Source: Alphaproteobacteria bacterium (GTDB lineage: Bacteria > Pseudomonadota > Alphaproteobacteria > SP197). From it: a DNA stretch of 64,000 bases. Location: NCBI GenBank assembly GCA_016869675.1, contig VGDP01000008.1, forward strand, positions 5,147 through 69,146, written 5' to 3'. Made by a program: the position numbers and the translations under genes. The notes beneath the pieces were generated by a model. It was not told where the DNA came from and did not search any database. It saw only the letters and a program-made list of their open reading frames with translations. Shown in pieces: positions 39,482 to 51,102 of this stretch (the first letter of the stretch is position 1; each line of letters starts with the position of its first letter).

Positions 39482-40594
39482 TTAACGAGTGGTGAACGAC
39501 AGCGCCACCCTGTTGCCCGGATGACGCTCGATGCGGCCCGCCAGCTCGAGTTCCAGGAGCACGATGCGGGCCACGGCGGGCGTTATCTGGCACTGGCGCA
39601 GGATTTCGTCAACCTCGACCGGCGTCGGACCCACGACCTCGAGCACCAAGGCGCGCACTCGTTCGAGCCCCGTGGACTCGCCCTCCGACCCGAACAGCGG
39701 CTCGCCCAGCGCCTCGGGCTCGCGCGCGCGCGGGCGCCAGCCGCGCAGGCCCACGATGACATCCTCGGCCGATTCGGTCAGCACCGCGCCGTCGCGCAGG
39801 AGCCCGTTGGCACCGCGCGCCCGCGGGTCGAGCGGCGAGCCCGGCACGGCGAACACCTCGCGCCCCTGCTCGGCCGCCAGGCGCGCCGTGATCAGCGAGC
39901 CCGAGCCCAGCGCCGCCTCGACCACCACTACGCCCTGGGCCAAGCCCGAGATGATGCGGTTGCGCCGTGGAAAGTGGGTCGCCTGGGGTTGCATGCCCAG
40001 CGGCTGCTCGGCGACGACAACGCCCTCATGCACGATGCGCTCGTGCAGGCGGGCGTTCTCCTGCGGGTAGACCACGTCCAGGCCGCCGGCCACGACGGCG
40101 ACCGTGCCGGCGGCCAGCGCGGCTTCGTGCGCCGCCGCGTCGATGCCGCGCGCCAGCCCCGAGACGACCACGTAGCCGGCGACGCCCAGGTCGGCTGCGA
40201 TCATGGCCGCCATGCGCCGTCCGGCGGCCGAGGCGTTGCGCGCGCCGACGATCGCCACGGCGGGGCGGTCGAGCAGCCCGGCGCGGCCGCGCACGGCGAT
40301 CAGCGGTGGCGCGTCGGCGACCTGGGCGAGCAGGGGCGGAAAGCCGGGCTCGGCGCACTCGATCAGCGCGGCACCCAGGCGCGCCAGGCCCGCGATCTCG
40401 TCCTCGGCGAGCGAACGCTGGCACAGATGGATGGGCCGCCCACCGCCGCGCCGCGCCAATTCGGGCACCGCCTCGAGCGCGCGGCGGCCGTCGCCGTAGG
40501 CCGCGATCAGGCGGCGGTAGAGCACCGGTCCGATCCGCTCGGAGCGGATCAGGCGCAACCGTGCGATCTGCTCCTCGTCGTCGAGCCGCGTCAC
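39482..40594 (-). CDS. dprA: DNA-processing protein DprA (Smf)
   Basis: Rossmann-like DprA core (VAIVGARNASAAGRRMAAMIAADLGVAGYVVVSGLARGIDAAAHEAAL). GTG start overlapping the plsY stop by 4 nt. About 370 aa. Confidence 0.8.
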   Translation of the reverse strand: MTRLDDEEQIARLRLIRSERIGPVLYRRLIAAYGDGRRALEAVPELARRGGGRPIHLCQRSLAEDEIAGLARLGAALIECAEPGFPPLLAQVADAPPLIAVRGRAGLLDRPAVAIVGARNASAAGRRMAAMIAADLGVAGYVVVSGLARGIDAAAHEAALAAGTVAVVAGGLDVVYPQENARLHERIVHEGVVVAEQPLGMQPQATHFPRRNRIISGLAQGVVVVEAALGSGSLITARLAAEQGREVFAVPGSPLDPRARGANGLLRDGAVLTESAEDVIVGLRGWRPRAREPEALGEPLFGSEGESTGLERVRALVLEVVGPTPVEVDEILRQCQITPAVARIVLLELELAGRIERHPGNRVALSFTTR

Positions 40595-41202
40595 GGCTTG
40601 CCGACGCGTGGCTCCTCGCCCTTGAGGAGCCGGCGGATGTTGGCGTGATGCCGTGCGATCACCAGCGCGCCGAGCATCAGCGCGATCTCGCCGATCTGGG
40701 GGTCGGCGAGGCCGTAGGCGAAGGCCGGCGCGGCAGCCATGGCGGCCAGCGCGCCGACCGAGGAAATGCGCGCCAGCGCGAAGGTGACCAGCCAGACGGC
40801 GCAAGCACCAACGCCCACGACGGGTGCAAGGGCCAAGTACGCGCCCAGCGTCGTGGCGACGCCCTTGCCGCCCCCAAAGCCGAGCCAGACCGGCGCCATG
40901 TGGCCGACCACCGAGGCGAGGGCCGCGATCACCGCCATGTCCGGGCCGAAGCGCCAGCCCAGCACGACGGCCACAGCGCCCTTCGCCCCGTCCAGCAGGA
41001 GCGTCAGCGCCGTCAGCCCCTTGCGCCCGGTGCGCAAGACGTTGGTCGCGCCGATGTTGCCGGACCCGATACGCCGGATGTCGCCAAGGCCCGCCAAGCG
41101 CGTCACGATCAGGCCGAAGGGAACCGATCCGATCAGATACGCCACCAACGCGCCGGCGAACAGGGGCCAGGTGTAGGCGAACCCGCCCAGTGGATCCGGC
41201 AC
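40591..41202 (-). CDS. plsY: Glycerol-3-phosphate acyltransferase PlsY
   Basis: 203 aa membrane protein with the SGNIGATN motif. Confidence 0.85.
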   Translation of the reverse strand: MPDPLGGFAYTWPLFAGALVAYLIGSVPFGLIVTRLAGLGDIRRIGSGNIGATNVLRTGRKGLTALTLLLDGAKGAVAVVLGWRFGPDMAVIAALASVVGHMAPVWLGFGGGKGVATTLGAYLALAPVVGVGACAVWLVTFALARISSVGALAAMAAAPAFAYGLADPQIGEIALMLGALVIARHHANIRRLLKGEEPRVGKP

Positions 41203-41205
41203 GGC

Positions 41206-42558
41206 TCAGCCGCCGAGCGCGAATACGGTGCGGCCGCCAACCACCGTGCGCAGCGCGCGGCCGCGCACCGCGCGACCACCAAAGGGCGAGTTCTTGGACT
41301 TGCTCTGGAACTGCGCCGCGTCGATACACCACGGCCGGTCGATGTCGATGACCGTCAGGTCCGCTGGCCGGCCCTTGGCCAGCACGCCGCGGTCGAGCCC
41401 CAGGAGCCGCGCGGGGTTGGACGTGACCGCCGCCAGGGCCCGGCGCAGGTCGAGTTGCCGCGCGTGCACGAGCTCGAGGGTCAGAGGCACCAGGGTCTCC
41501 AGGCCGACCACGCCGTTGGCGGCGTGGGCGAAGGGCAGACGCTTGCTGTCCTGGTCGTGCGGCGCGTGGTCGGTGGCGATGGCCTCGACGGTGCCGTCGG
41601 CCAGGCCCTCGACGATCGCCTGGCGGTCGGCCTCGGAGCGCAGCGGCGGCGCCATCTTGGCGAACGTCAGGTAATCGCCCACCGCCGTCTCGTTCAGCAC
41701 GAAGTGGTGCGGCGCCGCCTCGGCGCTCACGCGCACGCCGCGCGCGCGCGCCTCGCGCACCGCCGCCACCGCCTCGGCGGTCGAGATGTGCGCGACGTGG
41801 TAGCGCCCACCCGTGATTTCGGCCAGGCGGATGTCGCGCTCGACGACGATCGCCTCGCTGGCGTTGGGGATACCGGGCAGGCCCAGCCGCGTCGCCGTCT
41901 CGCCCTCGTTCATGCAGCCGCACGCGGACAGCTTAGGGTCCTCGGCATGCTGGATCACCAGCGCGTCGAACGCGGTCGAATAGCTGAGCGCCCGGCGCAT
42001 GACCAAGGTGTCGTAGACGGGGAGCCCGTCGTCGGAAAAGGCGACGGCGCCGGCCTCCTTCAGCATGCCCATCTCGGCCAGCTCGGCGCCCTTCAGGCCG
42101 CGCGTGATCGCGGCGATCGGGTGGATGCGCACGATCGCGGTTTCGCGCGCGCGCCGTTCGATGAAGTGGACCAGCGCTACGTCGTCGATCACGGGGTCCG
42201 TGTTGGGCATGCACGCGACGGTCGTGACGCCGCCGGCCGCGGCCGAGCGGCTGCCGGTCTCCAGCGTCTCCTTGTGCTCGTGGCCGGGCTCGCGGAAGTG
42301 GACGTGCATGTCGATCAGGCCGGGGGACAGCACATGGCCCCAGCAGTCGACCACGTCGATGCCCTCGGGCACGCCGTCGGCGAACAGGCGCGGCCCCAGG
42401 TCGGCGATCTGGCGTCCTTCGGTCAGCAACGCGCCCGGCGCGTCCAGCCCACTCTCGGGGTCGATCAGGCGCGCGTTGATGTAGGCGACGCGCCCGGGGC
42501 GCGGCGCCTTGGGGTCGGGGCTGGCGAAGGTCGCGGCGACGGTCACGGACGCGCTCAC
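41206..42558 (-). CDS. pyrC: Dihydroorotase (amidohydrolase)
   Basis: [13 protein letters not shown] metal-binding motif. GTG start overlapping the pyrB stop (GTGA). The upstream half of the track ORF is pyrB read in another frame. Confidence 0.8.
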   Translation of the reverse strand: MSASVTVAATFASPDPKAPRPGRVAYINARLIDPESGLDAPGALLTEGRQIADLGPRLFADGVPEGIDVVDCWGHVLSPGLIDMHVHFREPGHEHKETLETGSRSAAAGGVTTVACMPNTDPVIDDVALVHFIERRARETAIVRIHPIAAITRGLKGAELAEMGMLKEAGAVAFSDDGLPVYDTLVMRRALSYSTAFDALVIQHAEDPKLSACGCMNEGETATRLGLPGIPNASEAIVVERDIRLAEITGGRYHVAHISTAEAVAAVREARARGVRVSAEAAPHHFVLNETAVGDYLTFAKMAPPLRSEADRQAIVEGLADGTVEAIATDHAPHDQDSKRLPFAHAANGVVGLETLVPLTLELVHARQLDLRRALAAVTSNPARLLGLDRGVLAKGRPADLTVIDIDRPWCIDAAQFQSKSKNSPFGGRAVRGRALRTVVGGRTVFALGG

Positions 42559-43535
42559 TGGTTGTGCTGCAGGCTGGGCAGGTTGCGCGCCAGCACCTCG
42601 AGGCACGCCTGGCGCACCGCGACGCCCAGCTCGACCTGCTCCAGGATGACGCTGCGCGTGATGTCGTCGGCGACCGCGCTGTCGATCTCGACGCCGCGGT
42701 TCATGGGCCCGGGGTGCATGATCAGGGCGTCCGGCTTGGCCTTGGCCAGCTTGTCGTAGGTCAGCCCGTAGAAATGGAAGTACTCGCGCCCCGAGGGCAC
42801 GAAGGCGCCCTGCATGCGTTCGGTCTGCAGGCGCAACATCATGACGATGTCGCACCCCTCCAGGCCCGAACGCATGTCGTGGTGCACCTCGACGCCCATG
42901 CGCGCGATCGCGGCGGGCAGCAGGGTGGGCGGCGCCACCAGGCGCACGCGCGCACCCATGGTTGTCAGCAGGTGGATGTTCGAGCGAGCGACCCGGCTGT
43001 GCATGATGTCGCCACAGATAGCGACCAGCAGGCCGTCCAGCCGGCCGCGATGGCGGCGGATGACCAGGGCGTCCAGCAGCGCCTGGGTCGGGTGCTCGTG
43101 GCTGCCGTCGCCGCCGTTGATGATGGCGCACGCGACGTGGTTGGCCAGCAGGCGCACCGCACCGGAATCCGGGTGGCGCACCACCAGCACGTCCGGGCGC
43201 ATGGCGTTCAGCGTCAGCGCCGTGTCGATCAGCGTCTCGCCCTTCTTGATCGACGAGGACGAGGTCGACATGTTGATGACGTCGGCGCCCAGCCGCTTGC
43301 CCGCCAGCTCGAAGGACGTGCGCGTCCGGGTCGAGCTTTCGAAGAACATGTTGATCAGCGTGCGGCCGCGCAGCAGGTCCTTCTTCTTGTCGGCGCGGCG
43401 GTTGAGCGCGATGTAGGACTCGGCTAGGTCGAGCAGCAGCGTGATCTCGGCGGGCGAAAGCCCTTCGATACCCAGCAGGTGCTGGTGTGGATAGGTGATG
43501 GCCACTGCGACGGCGCTCGACACGGGCGCAGTCAT
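42555..43535 (-). CDS. pyrB: Aspartate carbamoyltransferase catalytic subunit
   Basis: STRTR and HPTQ (HEHPTQAL) motifs. 326 aa from [11 protein letters not shown]. The track ORF has 76 spurious N-terminal residues. Confidence 0.9.
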   Translation of the reverse strand: MTAPVSSAVAVAITYPHQHLLGIEGLSPAEITLLLDLAESYIALNRRADKKKDLLRGRTLINMFFESSTRTRTSFELAGKRLGADVINMSTSSSSIKKGETLIDTALTLNAMRPDVLVVRHPDSGAVRLLANHVACAIINGGDGSHEHPTQALLDALVIRRHRGRLDGLLVAICGDIMHSRVARSNIHLLTTMGARVRLVAPPTLLPAAIARMGVEVHHDMRSGLEGCDIVMMLRLQTERMQGAFVPSGREYFHFYGLTYDKLAKAKPDALIMHPGPMNRGVEIDSAVADDITRSVILEQVELGVAVRQACLEVLARNLPSLQHNQ

Positions 43536-43570
43536 AGCGCGCGCGTCGCGGTCCGTCCAGAAGGCCGCTG

Positions 43571-44485
43571 TCAGCGAAGCAGCGCCAGCATCAGCGGCAT
43601 GGTCGCGATCGCCGCCACGGTGGTCGCGGTGATGATCGCGGCGATCAGGGCCGTGTCGCCGCCCAGTTGTCGCGCCAGCACGAACCCGGCGGGCGAGGTG
43701 GGCAGCGCGGCGTAGAGCACCGCGACCTGGGTCTCGAAGGCGCCGACGCCCACCAGACGGCACGCCACGGCCACTAGCACGGGCAGCGCCAGCAGCTTGA
43801 CCGCGCTCGCCAACCCGAGCAGCGGCAGCGACGTGCGCAGGCCACGCAACGTCAGGCCCGCGCCCGTGACCAGCAGCGCGACACCCAGGGCCGCGCGGCC
43901 CAGGATGTCGAGCACGCCTTGGGCCACCGACGGCAGGTCGAACCCAGCGACGTTGATCGTGATGCCCACGACACAGCCCAGGATGAACGGGTTGCGCGCG
44001 ATCTCAGCCAGCGCGGCGCGCACGCCCAGGCCGCCCGCGTGGCGCACCAACGCAGCGATCGAGAGCACGTTCAGCAGCGGGATCATGACGGCGATGACCA
44101 GCGCGAACAGTGCCAGGCCGCCGCCGCCATGCAGGGCCGCCACGGCGGCGAGGCCCGCGTAGGTGTTGAAGCGGATCGACCCCATGAACGCCGTGGCGAA
44201 GCTGGCGGGCGGGAAGCCCAGCCGCGGCCCGAGGACCAGCATCACGGCCGACGCCGCCAGGTAGGTGCCGACCAGCGCCAGCAGCAGCGGCGGGATGGCG
44301 AACGCGCCGAGTTCGGCGCCACCGATCTCCTTGATCAGCATCGCCGGCAGCAGGACGTAGTAGGACAGGCGCTCGGCCGGCAGCCAGAAGCCCTCGCCAG
44401 GGAAGCCCGCGCGCTTCATCGCCAGACCGGCGCCGATGATCAGGAAGATCGGCGCCAGCGCGGCCAGGATGTCCGCCCGGATCAC
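43571..44485 (-). CDS. AEC-family (auxin efflux carrier / MdcF-like) membrane transporter
   Basis: 304 aa, about 10 TM helices, Mem_trans-type. Confidence 0.75.
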   Translation of the reverse strand: MIRADILAALAPIFLIIGAGLAMKRAGFPGEGFWLPAERLSYYVLLPAMLIKEIGGAELGAFAIPPLLLALVGTYLAASAVMLVLGPRLGFPPASFATAFMGSIRFNTYAGLAAVAALHGGGGLALFALVIAVMIPLLNVLSIAALVRHAGGLGVRAALAEIARNPFILGCVVGITINVAGFDLPSVAQGVLDILGRAALGVALLVTGAGLTLRGLRTSLPLLGLASAVKLLALPVLVAVACRLVGVGAFETQVAVLYAALPTSPAGFVLARQLGGDTALIAAIITATTVAAIATMPLMLALLR

Positions 44486-44958
44486 GACCGCCCCATGGCG
44501 TCGAGCGCGCCCTGGAGGATCCAGGCGGCGGCCAGCTTGTCGTTGAGCGCGGCGCGGCGCCGGCGGCTGACGTCGGCCTCGATCAGCAGACGTTCGACCG
44601 CGCGGGTCGACAGCCGTTCGTCCCAGAACGCGAGGGGCCGGTCGACCACCGCCAGCAGGTTGGCGGCGAACTGGCGTACCGACTGGCAGCGCGGCCCCTC
44701 GGACCCGTCCATGTTGATCGGCAGGCCGACCACGATCGCGCCCACGCCGCGCTCCTCGATCAAGCGACGCAGGGCCGCCGCGTCGTCGCGGAAGCGGCCG
44801 CGTTTCAGGGTGGCGAGCGGCGTCGCCACGGTGCGTCCGACGTCCGACAGCGCCATGCCGATGGTCTTCGTGCCGACGTCGAGCCCGAGCACCCGCTGCT
44901 CGCCGCCGAGCCGGGCGGCAAGAAGCGCGACGGAGGCCAGCGGCTTGTGGGGTTCCAT
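44482..44958 (-). CDS. ruvX: Holliday-junction resolvase-like RNase RuvX (YqgF)
   Basis: 158 aa from MEPHKPLASV...LGLDVGTKTIGMALSD (RNase H-like fold). 4-nt overlap with the downstream AEC gene. Confidence 0.85.
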   Translation of the reverse strand: MEPHKPLASVALLAARLGGEQRVLGLDVGTKTIGMALSDVGRTVATPLATLKRGRFRDDAAALRRLIEERGVGAIVVGLPINMDGSEGPRCQSVRQFAANLLAVVDRPLAFWDERLSTRAVERLLIEADVSRRRRAALNDKLAAAWILQGALDAMGRS

Positions 44959-45042
44959 GGCGGGTGTTAGATTCGCGCGACCCGGGGCGGGCAGGTTCCG
45001 GGTCCTTCCGGACGTCTGAATTGACGGTGGAGACAATGACCG

Positions 45043-45330
45043 ATGTCTCTCGATAAGGCCACCGTGGCCCGTATCGCGCGGCTGGCGCGGCTGCGCATCG
45101 AGGCCCAGGACCAGGAGCGGATGGTCGGCGAGCTGAACGGCATCCTGACCTGGATCGAGCAGTTGCGCGCGGTCGACGTGGAGGGTGTGGAGCCCATGAC
45201 CAGCGTCGTCGCCATGGATCTGGTCCTGCGCGAGGACGTGGTCACGATCCCCGGGGACCGGGACGCCGTGCTGGCCAACGCGCCGGCGAAGGAGCACGGC
45301 TTCTTCGTGGTGCCCAAGGTCGTCGAGTAG
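45043..45330 (+). CDS. gatC: Asp/Glu-tRNA amidotransferase subunit C
   Basis: 95 aa; typical GatC. Confidence 0.85.
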   Translation: MSLDKATVARIARLARLRIEAQDQERMVGELNGILTWIEQLRAVDVEGVEPMTSVVAMDLVLREDVVTIPGDRDAVLANAPAKEHGFFVVPKVVE

Positions 45331-45349
45331 GCGGGAACGGACGGTCATT

Positions 45350-46825
45350 GTGGCGGCTTTGACGGACCTGACCATCTCGGAGGCGCGCGCGGGTCTTCGT
45401 GCGCGCTCGTTCTCGGCGCGCGAGCTGGCGGACGCCCATGTCGGCGCGATGGAACGGGCGCGCGAACTCAACGCCTTTATCACCGAGACCGCGGACGCCG
45501 CGCGCGCCGGCGCGGGTGCGTCCGACGCCCGGCTTGCGCGCGGCGAGGCCGGACCACTCGAGGGCATCCCGCTCGCCATCAAGGACCTGTTCTGCACCAA
45601 GGGCGTGACGACCACCGCCGGCTCGCACATCCTGCACGGCTTCGCTTCGCCCTACGAATCGACGGTCACGGCCAACCTGTGGCGCGCCGGCGCGGTCATG
45701 CTGGGCAAGACCAACCTGGACGAGTTCGCCATGGGTTCGTCCAACATGACCAGCTACCACGGGCCGGTGGTCAGCCCGTGGCGGCGCAAGGGCTCCAACG
45801 CCCGCCTGGTACCCGGCGGCTCGTCGGGCGGCTCGGCCGCGGCGGTCGCCGCCCGGCTCTGCCTCGGCGCCACGGGCACCGACACGGGCGGCTCAATCCG
45901 CCAGCCAGCGGCGTTCTCCGGCATCGTCGGCCTGAAGCCCACGTACGGGCGCTGTTCGCGCCTCGGCATCGTGGCGTTCGCCTCGTCGCTGGACCAGGCC
46001 GGGCCGCTCGCGCGCAGCGTGCGCGATTGCGCGATCCTGCTCGGTGCCATGGCGGGGCACGACCCGCTCGATTCCACGTCCGTCGATCGCCCAGTGCCCG
46101 ACTACGAGGCGGCGCTCGTTCGCCCGCTCAAGGGCCTCAGGGTCGGCGTGCCCAAGGAATACCGCGTCGACGGCATGCCGGCCGAGATCGACGCGCTGTG
46201 GCGCCAGGGCGTCGCCTGGCTGACCGACCAGGGAGCGACGGTGCGCGAGGTCAGCCTACCGCACACCCGCCACGCCCTGCCCACGTACTACATCGTGGCG
46301 CCGGCCGAGGCCTCGTCGAACCTGGCGCGCTACGACGGCGTGCGCTATGGGCTGCGCGTGGCCGGCGACGGCGTGGACGGGCTCTACGAGGCGACGCGCG
46401 CCGCCGGCTTCGGCGCCGAGGTCCAGCGCCGCGTGCTGATCGGCACCTATGTGCTCTCGGCCGGCTACTACGATGCCTATTACCTGCGCGCCCAGCGCGT
46501 GCGCACCTTGATCGCGCGGGATTTCGCCCGTGCCTACGAGCAGGTCGACGTGCTGCTGACGCCCACCGCGCCGTCGGCCGCCTTCGCCATTGGCGAGAAG
46601 ATGGACGATCCGGTCGCCATGTACCTGAACGACGTGTTCACCGTGCCGGCCAGCCTGGCCGGCCTGCCGGCGATCTCGGTGCCGGCCGGGCTCAGCGCCG
46701 ACGGCCTGCCGCTGGGGCTGCAGATCATCGGCCGCGCCTTCGACGAGGAAACCGTGATCGCCGCCGGCGCCGCGCTCGAGCGCGCCGCCGGTTTCTCCCA
46801 TCGGCCCGACGGGATCGCGCCATGA
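45350..46825 (+). CDS. gatA: Glu/Asp-tRNA amidotransferase subunit A (amidase signature)
   Basis: [13 protein letters not shown] amidase-signature motif. 491 aa. ATGA overlap with gatB. Confidence 0.9.
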   Translation: MAALTDLTISEARAGLRARSFSARELADAHVGAMERARELNAFITETADAARAGAGASDARLARGEAGPLEGIPLAIKDLFCTKGVTTTAGSHILHGFASPYESTVTANLWRAGAVMLGKTNLDEFAMGSSNMTSYHGPVVSPWRRKGSNARLVPGGSSGGSAAAVAARLCLGATGTDTGGSIRQPAAFSGIVGLKPTYGRCSRLGIVAFASSLDQAGPLARSVRDCAILLGAMAGHDPLDSTSVDRPVPDYEAALVRPLKGLRVGVPKEYRVDGMPAEIDALWRQGVAWLTDQGATVREVSLPHTRHALPTYYIVAPAEASSNLARYDGVRYGLRVAGDGVDGLYEATRAAGFGAEVQRRVLIGTYVLSAGYYDAYYLRAQRVRTLIARDFARAYEQVDVLLTPTAPSAAFAIGEKMDDPVAMYLNDVFTVPASLAGLPAISVPAGLSADGLPLGLQIIGRAFDEETVIAAGAALERAAGFSHRPDGIAP

Positions 46826-48279
46826 CCGCGCCGCTGGTCGAGGGCGCGACCGGGCCGTGGGAGGTCGTCATCGGCCTCGAGGTCCATGCCCAGGTCGTCT
46901 CGAACGCCAAGCTTTTCTCAGGCGCGGCCACTGCCTTCGGCGCCGAGCCCAACAGCCAGGTCTCGTTCGTCGACGCGGCCATGCCCGGCATGCTGCCGGT
47001 GATCAACCGCCATTGCGTCGAGCAGGCGGTCAAGACCGGCCTGGCGCTGGAGGCCCGGATCAACCTGGTCTCGGTGTTCGACCGCAAGAACTACTTCTAC
47101 CCCGATCTGCCGGCCGGCTATCAGATCTCCCAGTACAAGAACCCGATCGTCGGCACGGGCACGATCCGGCTCGACATGAAGGACGGCTCGACGCGCACCA
47201 TCGGTATCACCCGGCTGCACCTGGAACAGGACGCGGGCAAGAGCCTGCATGATGTCGCGCCGGGCGCCAGCCACGTGGATCTCAACCGCGCCGGTGTCGC
47301 GCTGATGGAGATCGTCTCGGAGCCGGACCTGCGCTCGGCCGAGGAAGCCGGCGCCTACCTCAAGAAGCTGCGCGCGATCCTGCGCTACATCGGGACCTGC
47401 GACGGCAACATGGAGGAAGGCAGCCTGCGCTGCGACGCCAACGTCTCGGTGCGTCGACCGGGCGGAGCGCTGGGCACGCGCTGCGAGATCAAGAACGTGA
47501 ACTCGATCCGCTTCCTGCAGCGCGCCATCGAGTACGAGACCCAGCGCCAGATCGAGCTGATCGAGGGCGGCGGCACCGTCGTCCAGGAGACCCGGCTCTA
47601 CGACGCCAACAAGGGCGAGACGCGCGCCATGCGCTCGAAGGAAGAGGCGCACGACTACCGCTACTTCCCCGACCCAGACCTGATGCCGCTGCGCCTGGAC
47701 CCGGCGTGGGTCGCGCGCCTGAAGGCCGGCGTGCCGGAACTGCCCGACGCCAAGAAGGACCGCTTCATGGCCGCCTATGGGCTTTCCGCCTACGACGCGG
47801 GCGTGCTGGTCGGCGACCAGGTGGCGGCGGACTATTTCGAGACCGTGGCCAAGGGCCGCGACGCCAAGCTCGCGGCCAACTGGGTCATGGTCGAGCTGTT
47901 CGGCGCGCTGAACCGGCTCGGCAAGGAGATCGACGCCTCGCCGGTCTCGGCCGTCCAGCTCTGTGGGCTGCTGGACCTCATGGCCGATGGCACGATCTCG
48001 GGGCGGCTGGCCAAGGACGTGTTCGCCGCCATGGTCGAGACCGGCAAGGACGCGGCCATCGTGGTCGAGGAGAAAGGCCTGCGTCAGGTCACCGACACGG
48101 GCGCCATCGAGGCGGCGATCGACGCGATCATGGCGCGCGAGGCGGCCAAGGTGGCGGAGTACCGCGCCGGCAAGGACAAGCTGTTCGGCTTCTTCGTCGG
48201 CCAGGTCATGCGCGCCATGGGCGGCAAGGCCAACCCCGCCCAGCTCAACGACCTGCTCAAGCACAAACTCGCCGGCTGA
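46822..48279 (+). CDS. gatB: Glu/Asp-tRNA amidotransferase subunit B
   Basis: N-terminus [13 protein letters not shown]; C-terminal GatB_Yqey domain. The track ORF 45679-48279 is an artefactual in-frame extension across gatA. Confidence 0.9.
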   Translation: MTAPLVEGATGPWEVVIGLEVHAQVVSNAKLFSGAATAFGAEPNSQVSFVDAAMPGMLPVINRHCVEQAVKTGLALEARINLVSVFDRKNYFYPDLPAGYQISQYKNPIVGTGTIRLDMKDGSTRTIGITRLHLEQDAGKSLHDVAPGASHVDLNRAGVALMEIVSEPDLRSAEEAGAYLKKLRAILRYIGTCDGNMEEGSLRCDANVSVRRPGGALGTRCEIKNVNSIRFLQRAIEYETQRQIELIEGGGTVVQETRLYDANKGETRAMRSKEEAHDYRYFPDPDLMPLRLDPAWVARLKAGVPELPDAKKDRFMAAYGLSAYDAGVLVGDQVAADYFETVAKGRDAKLAANWVMVELFGALNRLGKEIDASPVSAVQLCGLLDLMADGTISGRLAKDVFAAMVETGKDAAIVVEEKGLRQVTDTGAIEAAIDAIMAREAAKVAEYRAGKDKLFGFFVGQVMRAMGGKANPAQLNDLLKHKLAG

Positions 48280-48343
48280 CGCGACGGTTCACTGGACGAA
48301 TCGACCGCCGCCGGGAATCCCCGGCGCGCCGCGCGTCAGCCGA

Positions 48344-49978
48344 CTACTGCGCGTCCTTGGCGTAGAGGTAGTCGTACCAGATCGGGATGTGGACCGGCGA
48401 AACGAAGAACTGGTTGTCGCCACCGATGCGCGCCGAATGGATGAGCACCCCCTTGTCGTGGAAAATGGGCACCCAAGGCGCGTCCTTCATCGCGTCCAGG
48501 AAGATGCCGCGCCATTCCTCCGTGCGCTGGGCGGCAAGCGCCGGGTCGACCATGGCGTCCGCCTTGGCCGCGCGATCATCGAGCGCCTGGTTGCAGTACT
48601 TGGCCCAGTTCCAACCTCCGGGCACCGCGCTGTCGCAGCCGAGGATCGGCCAATAGAACCCCGACGGATCGGGAAAGTCCGAGATCCAGGCCATGCCTCC
48701 CGACCACAGCATCGGAGCACTGCCCTGACCGCCGGCGTCGATGACGACCGCCTGCGATAGCGATTGCACCGAGGCCGTGATCCCGACATTGGCCAGGTCC
48801 TGCTGGATCGCCTGCGCGATGCGCGGGTTCGGATCGACGTTCATGGCGTAAAGTTCGGTCTCGAAGCCGTCGGGGTGCCCGGCTTCGGCCAAGAGGGCCC
48901 GCGCCTTGTCCGGATCGAACGGATACCCGCCATGGCTCGGGTCGTGCCCGGGCATCAGGGGCGGCAATGCCTGGTTCGCGGGGACCGCGCGGTTGTTGAT
49001 GATGCGGACGACGTTGGCCTTGTTGATCGCCATGTTGACGGCCTGGCGCACCAGGACGTTGTCGAAGGGAGGCATCGTCGTGTTGAGCGTCACGTACCCG
49101 GTCTGCAACTGATCGCTGAGAACGACCAGATCCTTTGTGGCGTCGCCGGTCGTCATCTCGACGTACTGGGCCGGCGGAATCCCGTCGCCCGCGATGTCGA
49201 TCTCGCCCTGTTGCAGGCGCAGCAGCACCACGGTCGGATCCTGGCCGATCTCGAAGACGATCTTGTCCAGGTAGGGCACGCCGGGCTTGAAGTAATCCTC
49301 GTTGCGGTCGAACACGAGCCGCTGTCCGGCGGTCCACTCCGTCAACCTGAAGGCGCCGGTACCGACGACGTGGTGTCCGAAGTCATCGCCCCACCGCTCG
49401 ACCTCCTCCCTGGGCACGATCGAGCCGAAGTGCATGGCGAGGACGTTGAGGAAGGGCGCCGTGGCACGCGACATCCTGATGATCACGGTGTAGGCGTCGG
49501 GCGTCTCGACCCCGCTCAGTCCATCGCTCGTCCCAGCGGCGAGCTCGTCGAACCCGGCGATCGAACTGAAGTAGCTCTGCCCCGGGCTACGGGTCGCGGG
49601 ATTGGCGAGGCGCTCCAGGGTGTACTTCACGTCGGCGCTCGTGAGTTCGCGGCCGTTGTGGAACTTGACGCCCTGGCGAAGCGTGAAGGTGTACGTCAGG
49701 CCGTCGGTGGAGACATCGACGCTTTCCGCGAGATCGGGCGTCAGTTTCGTCGTACCGGGCTCGTAGTCCATCAAACCGTCGAACAGCGCCTGCATCATCG
49801 ACGGGTTCTGCCAGTCGTAGCCGATGGCCGGGTCGAGCGTCGTAGTGTCGTCGAAGTAACTGACCACCATCGTCCCGCCCTGCTTGGGCTGATCGGCGTG
49901 GCCGGTGCTGGCGGACCCGGCGATCGCCATGGCGATCCCGGCAACGAACGACATCGACCACTTCATGATGTTCCTCAT
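48344..49978 (-). CDS. ABC-type substrate-binding protein, family 5 (DppA/OppA-like), apparently orphan
   Basis: Signal peptide MRNIMKWSMSFVAGIAMAIAGSASTG. GAGGGGGG RBS. SBP_bac_5-like. No permease or ATPase genes adjacent. Confidence 0.75.
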   Translation of the reverse strand: MRNIMKWSMSFVAGIAMAIAGSASTGHADQPKQGGTMVVSYFDDTTTLDPAIGYDWQNPSMMQALFDGLMDYEPGTTKLTPDLAESVDVSTDGLTYTFTLRQGVKFHNGRELTSADVKYTLERLANPATRSPGQSYFSSIAGFDELAAGTSDGLSGVETPDAYTVIIRMSRATAPFLNVLAMHFGSIVPREEVERWGDDFGHHVVGTGAFRLTEWTAGQRLVFDRNEDYFKPGVPYLDKIVFEIGQDPTVVLLRLQQGEIDIAGDGIPPAQYVEMTTGDATKDLVVLSDQLQTGYVTLNTTMPPFDNVLVRQAVNMAINKANVVRIINNRAVPANQALPPLMPGHDPSHGGYPFDPDKARALLAEAGHPDGFETELYAMNVDPNPRIAQAIQQDLANVGITASVQSLSQAVVIDAGGQGSAPMLWSGGMAWISDFPDPSGFYWPILGCDSAVPGGWNWAKYCNQALDDRAAKADAMVDPALAAQRTEEWRGIFLDAMKDAPWVPIFHDKGVLIHSARIGGDNQFFVSPVHIPIWYDYLYAKDAQ

Positions 49979-50193
49979 GACGTCCCCCCTCGGTCGGGCC
50001 GAAGCGCCACACCCGGCGCTCCAAAGAACCGAACGTCGCACGCTCGAGTTCGATCCCTGACCGTATACCTGAAACGGCATGCAAGTCTTGGTCCATATGA
50101 GACCTTCGGTCGATCGCGCTGTCGCGCGTCGCCTGGCGGAGGGCTGACGACAAGTTCAGTAGTGCGTGATCGACGGTGCTGCCATGGTCTGGC

Positions 50194-51040
50194 CATGCCC
50201 TCGTCCGTCATCGCCCGCCGCGCCTTGCTCGGCAGCGGCCTTGTGCTCGCGCTCGGCGCGTTCCGGTCGGGCGAAGGTCTGTTCGCACCATCCGCCGAAC
50301 CGTGGGACCGCTGGGCCACGCACAACCCGGACTCGACCGCGACCGTCGATCACGGCCCGTGGGATGCGTTCCTCGACGCGAACCTGATCGTCGGCGCCGA
50401 CGGTATCAACCGCATCGCCTATGGGCGGGTGGTCGATCGTGCGACCCTCGACCGTTATCTGGACGCACTGGCGGACACCGCCATCGACACCCTGGCGCGG
50501 TCCGAACAGTTGGTGTTCTGGATCAACCTCTACAACGCGCTGACCGTGCGCGTGGTGCTTGACCACTATCCGGTCGCATCGATCCGCGACATCGACATCG
50601 CGACCGGCCTGTTCGGCGACGGCCCCTGGGACGCACGCCTGATCGCCGTGGCCGGCCAGGACTTGACCCTTAACGACATCGAGCATCGGATCCTGCGGCC
50701 GTTGTGGCGCGATGCGCGCGTGCACTACGCGGTCAACTGCGCCGCGCTCGGCTGCCCCAACCTGGCCGCCACGGCCTACCGGGGCGCCACGGCCGAGGCC
50801 ATGCTCAAGGACGGCGCCCGGACCTACATCAACCATCCGCGCGGTGTCGCGGTGAACGGCGAAGCGGTCACGGTGTCGCGCATCTACGACTGGTACATCG
50901 AGGACTTCGGTGGCGACGAAGCGGGCGTCATCGCCCATCTGACGCGTTACGCGGCGCCGGACATGGCAGGCCGCCTGGAGGCCATCGGACGACTTGCTGG
51001 CACGGCCTACGACTGGGCGCTCAGCGACGCTGCGGCCTGA
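50194..51040 (+). CDS. DUF547 domain protein with Tat-type signal peptide
   Basis: MPSSVIARRALLGSGLVLALGAF twin-arginine-like N-terminus. C-terminal DUF547 pattern. The track's 758-aa ORF is an artefact. Confidence 0.55.
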
Positions 51041-51102
51041 CCGCGGGACCGCTGCTTGGCGCGGTGTCCGGCCGTCTGGTACGTTCGGACCAGTCCCTGG
51101 AC

